Positions 62,845-64,000 of a DNA stretch of 64,000 nucleotides are shown piece after piece; positions within the stretch are counted from its first letter, which is position 1, and each line of letters opens with the position of its first letter. The translations under genes and the position numbers were made by a program. The DNA is from Basidiobolus meristosporus CBS 931.73 (taxonomy: Eukaryota > Fungi > Basidiobolomycota), in contig MCFE01000078.1 of NCBI GenBank assembly GCA_002104905.1, positions 117,023-181,022 of the forward strand, written 5' to 3'. The notes below the pieces were generated by a model. That model was not told the DNA's origin and made no database searches. It saw nothing but the letters and a program-made list of their open reading frames with translations.

Positions 62845-63472
62845 CTAGTGCTTTATTGGGAAATTTGCACAAGGAGTGCAATCTTGAAATATGACAAAGT
62901 CATATGAATATAGCAACTATTATAAAATGAAAACTACTTTGCCAGTAAAAGGGGTGAAGGAAACTGTAAAAGCTATAAAGGAAAAGCTGGGGACACAAGA
63001 AATTTACAGTACCATTCATTGCCCTACACTGCAAGTAAGCTCAAGGAACATAAGGGGAAGCTTTACCAGACTGAACTAAAGAATCTTGCTACAGATCACA
63101 AAGGAAACAATGAGGACTGCAGAAGCTTTAAAGGAAACCAAGGTTCCCATAGTGATGGCTGACTGGGAAATCTACAGAAGCATTCACTGATCCAAAAGAA
63201 AGAGGCAAGAGGCTAGAGTAATGTCATCAAAAGAAAATGAACCATAAGCTGAAGTTCAGGCACATGCATCAAGTCCAATCATGCCAAAGACAGCTGCAGA
63301 AGCTTGAAAGGAAACAGAAAGTCTCCATTGGGGTGACTCCAGTGGAAATCCACAGTCAGCCCTTTACATCACCAGAGGTGGGCAGTGTCTGAAAGAAAGG
63401 AAGGAAAGAGCAAGAGAAAAGGGAAGGAGAGAAGAAAAAGGAAGGAGAGAAGAATGGGGTGGGTGGGTGGGA
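62845..63472 (-). other. Unassigned CpG-free segment C between telomere-repeat junctions
   Basis: Minus-strand AATAAA just before CCCTAA repeats, a diverged internal duplication (~63115-63182 vs ~63290-63360), and a purine-rich tract at 63385-63470. Confidence 0.4.
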
Positions 63473-63880
63473 AATCTTATAGGTGAAGGATCTTGTTAAA
63501 GATCACATCACTAGGTTAGGGGAGATTGTTAGGGAAGGAGCATCAGGTCAGAAGACCCAATCTTATAGGTGAAGGATCTTGTTAAAGATCACATCACTAG
63601 GTTAGGGGAGATTGTTAGGGAAGGAGCATCAGGTCAGAAGACCCAATCTTATAGGTGAAGGATCTTGTTAAAGATCACATCACTAGGTTAGGGGAGATTG
63701 TTAGGGAAGGAGCATCAGGTCAGAAGACCCAATCTTATAGGTGAAGGATCTTGTTAAAGATCACATCACTAGGTTAGGGGAGATTGTTAGGGAAGGAGCA
63801 TCAGGTCAGAAGACCCAATCTTATAGGTGAAGGATCTTGTTAAAGATCACATCACTAGGTTAGGGGAGATTGTTAGGGGA
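63473..63880. repeat. Telomere-adjacent tandem repeat, 86-bp unit x ~4.7, identical copies, two TTAGGG per unit
   Basis: tcttat recurs at 63475, 63561, 63647, 63733, 63819. Confidence 0.97.
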
Positions 63881-63882
63881 GA

Positions 63883-64000
63883 TTAGGTTAGGGTTAGGTA
63901 GGTTAGGGTTAGGGTTAGGGTTAGGTTAGGGTTAGGGTTAGGGTTAGGGTTAGGGTTAGGGTTAGGGTTAGGGTTAGGGTTAGGTTAGGGTTAGGGTTAG
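63883..64000 (+). repeat. Telomere (TTAGGG)n with occasional TTAGG/TAGG variants
   Basis: Repeat runs to the end of the window, G-rich strand 5'->3' toward the end. Confidence 0.98.

Noticed and set aside
63473-63880. CRISPR-like array or hammerhead repeat (CTGATGC on the minus strand)
   Set aside because: Units are identical with no unique spacers, the context is a eukaryotic telomere, and there is no CUGAUGA/GAAA core.

Overview
Eukaryotic, fungal-type DNA (GT-AG introns, TTAGGG telomere) covering the last 64 kb of a chromosome arm; an early-diverging fungus is my inference from gene style only. Three zones. (1) 1-20.7 kb is a gene-dense, CpG-rich core: DM9 lectin-like gene, ProRS, TMA7, BUR1/CDK9, a mitochondrial carrier, an MFSD5-like transporter, PheRS-beta and an alpha/beta hydrolase, with small local duplications. 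(2) 20.7-55 kb is accessory: an intron-containing bacterial-type LtrA gene, a Copia relic, and four tandem ~7 kb units. Each unit carries a convergent pair: a secreted 54-aa-repeat Pro/Ser/Thr/Cys protein (variable, one copy dead) and a nearly invariant secreted 268-aa DUF3472-like protein. (3) 55-64 kb is the chromosome end. A Copia element is broken inside RT and capped with TTAGGG. It is followed by a head-to-tail stack of retro-like segments, all on the minus strand, each separated by a few telomere repeats: an APE-RT LINE with no CpG that I could find, a ~500-bp SINE-like element sharing the LINE's 3' stem-loop tail, truncated 3' ends of both, a third non-coding segment, and an 86-bp tandem repeat, then the telomere. 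The most novel-looking items are the telomere-appending LINE with its SINE-like partner and the amplified two-gene secreted cassette. All homology calls come from motif recognition by eye; no database search was run.
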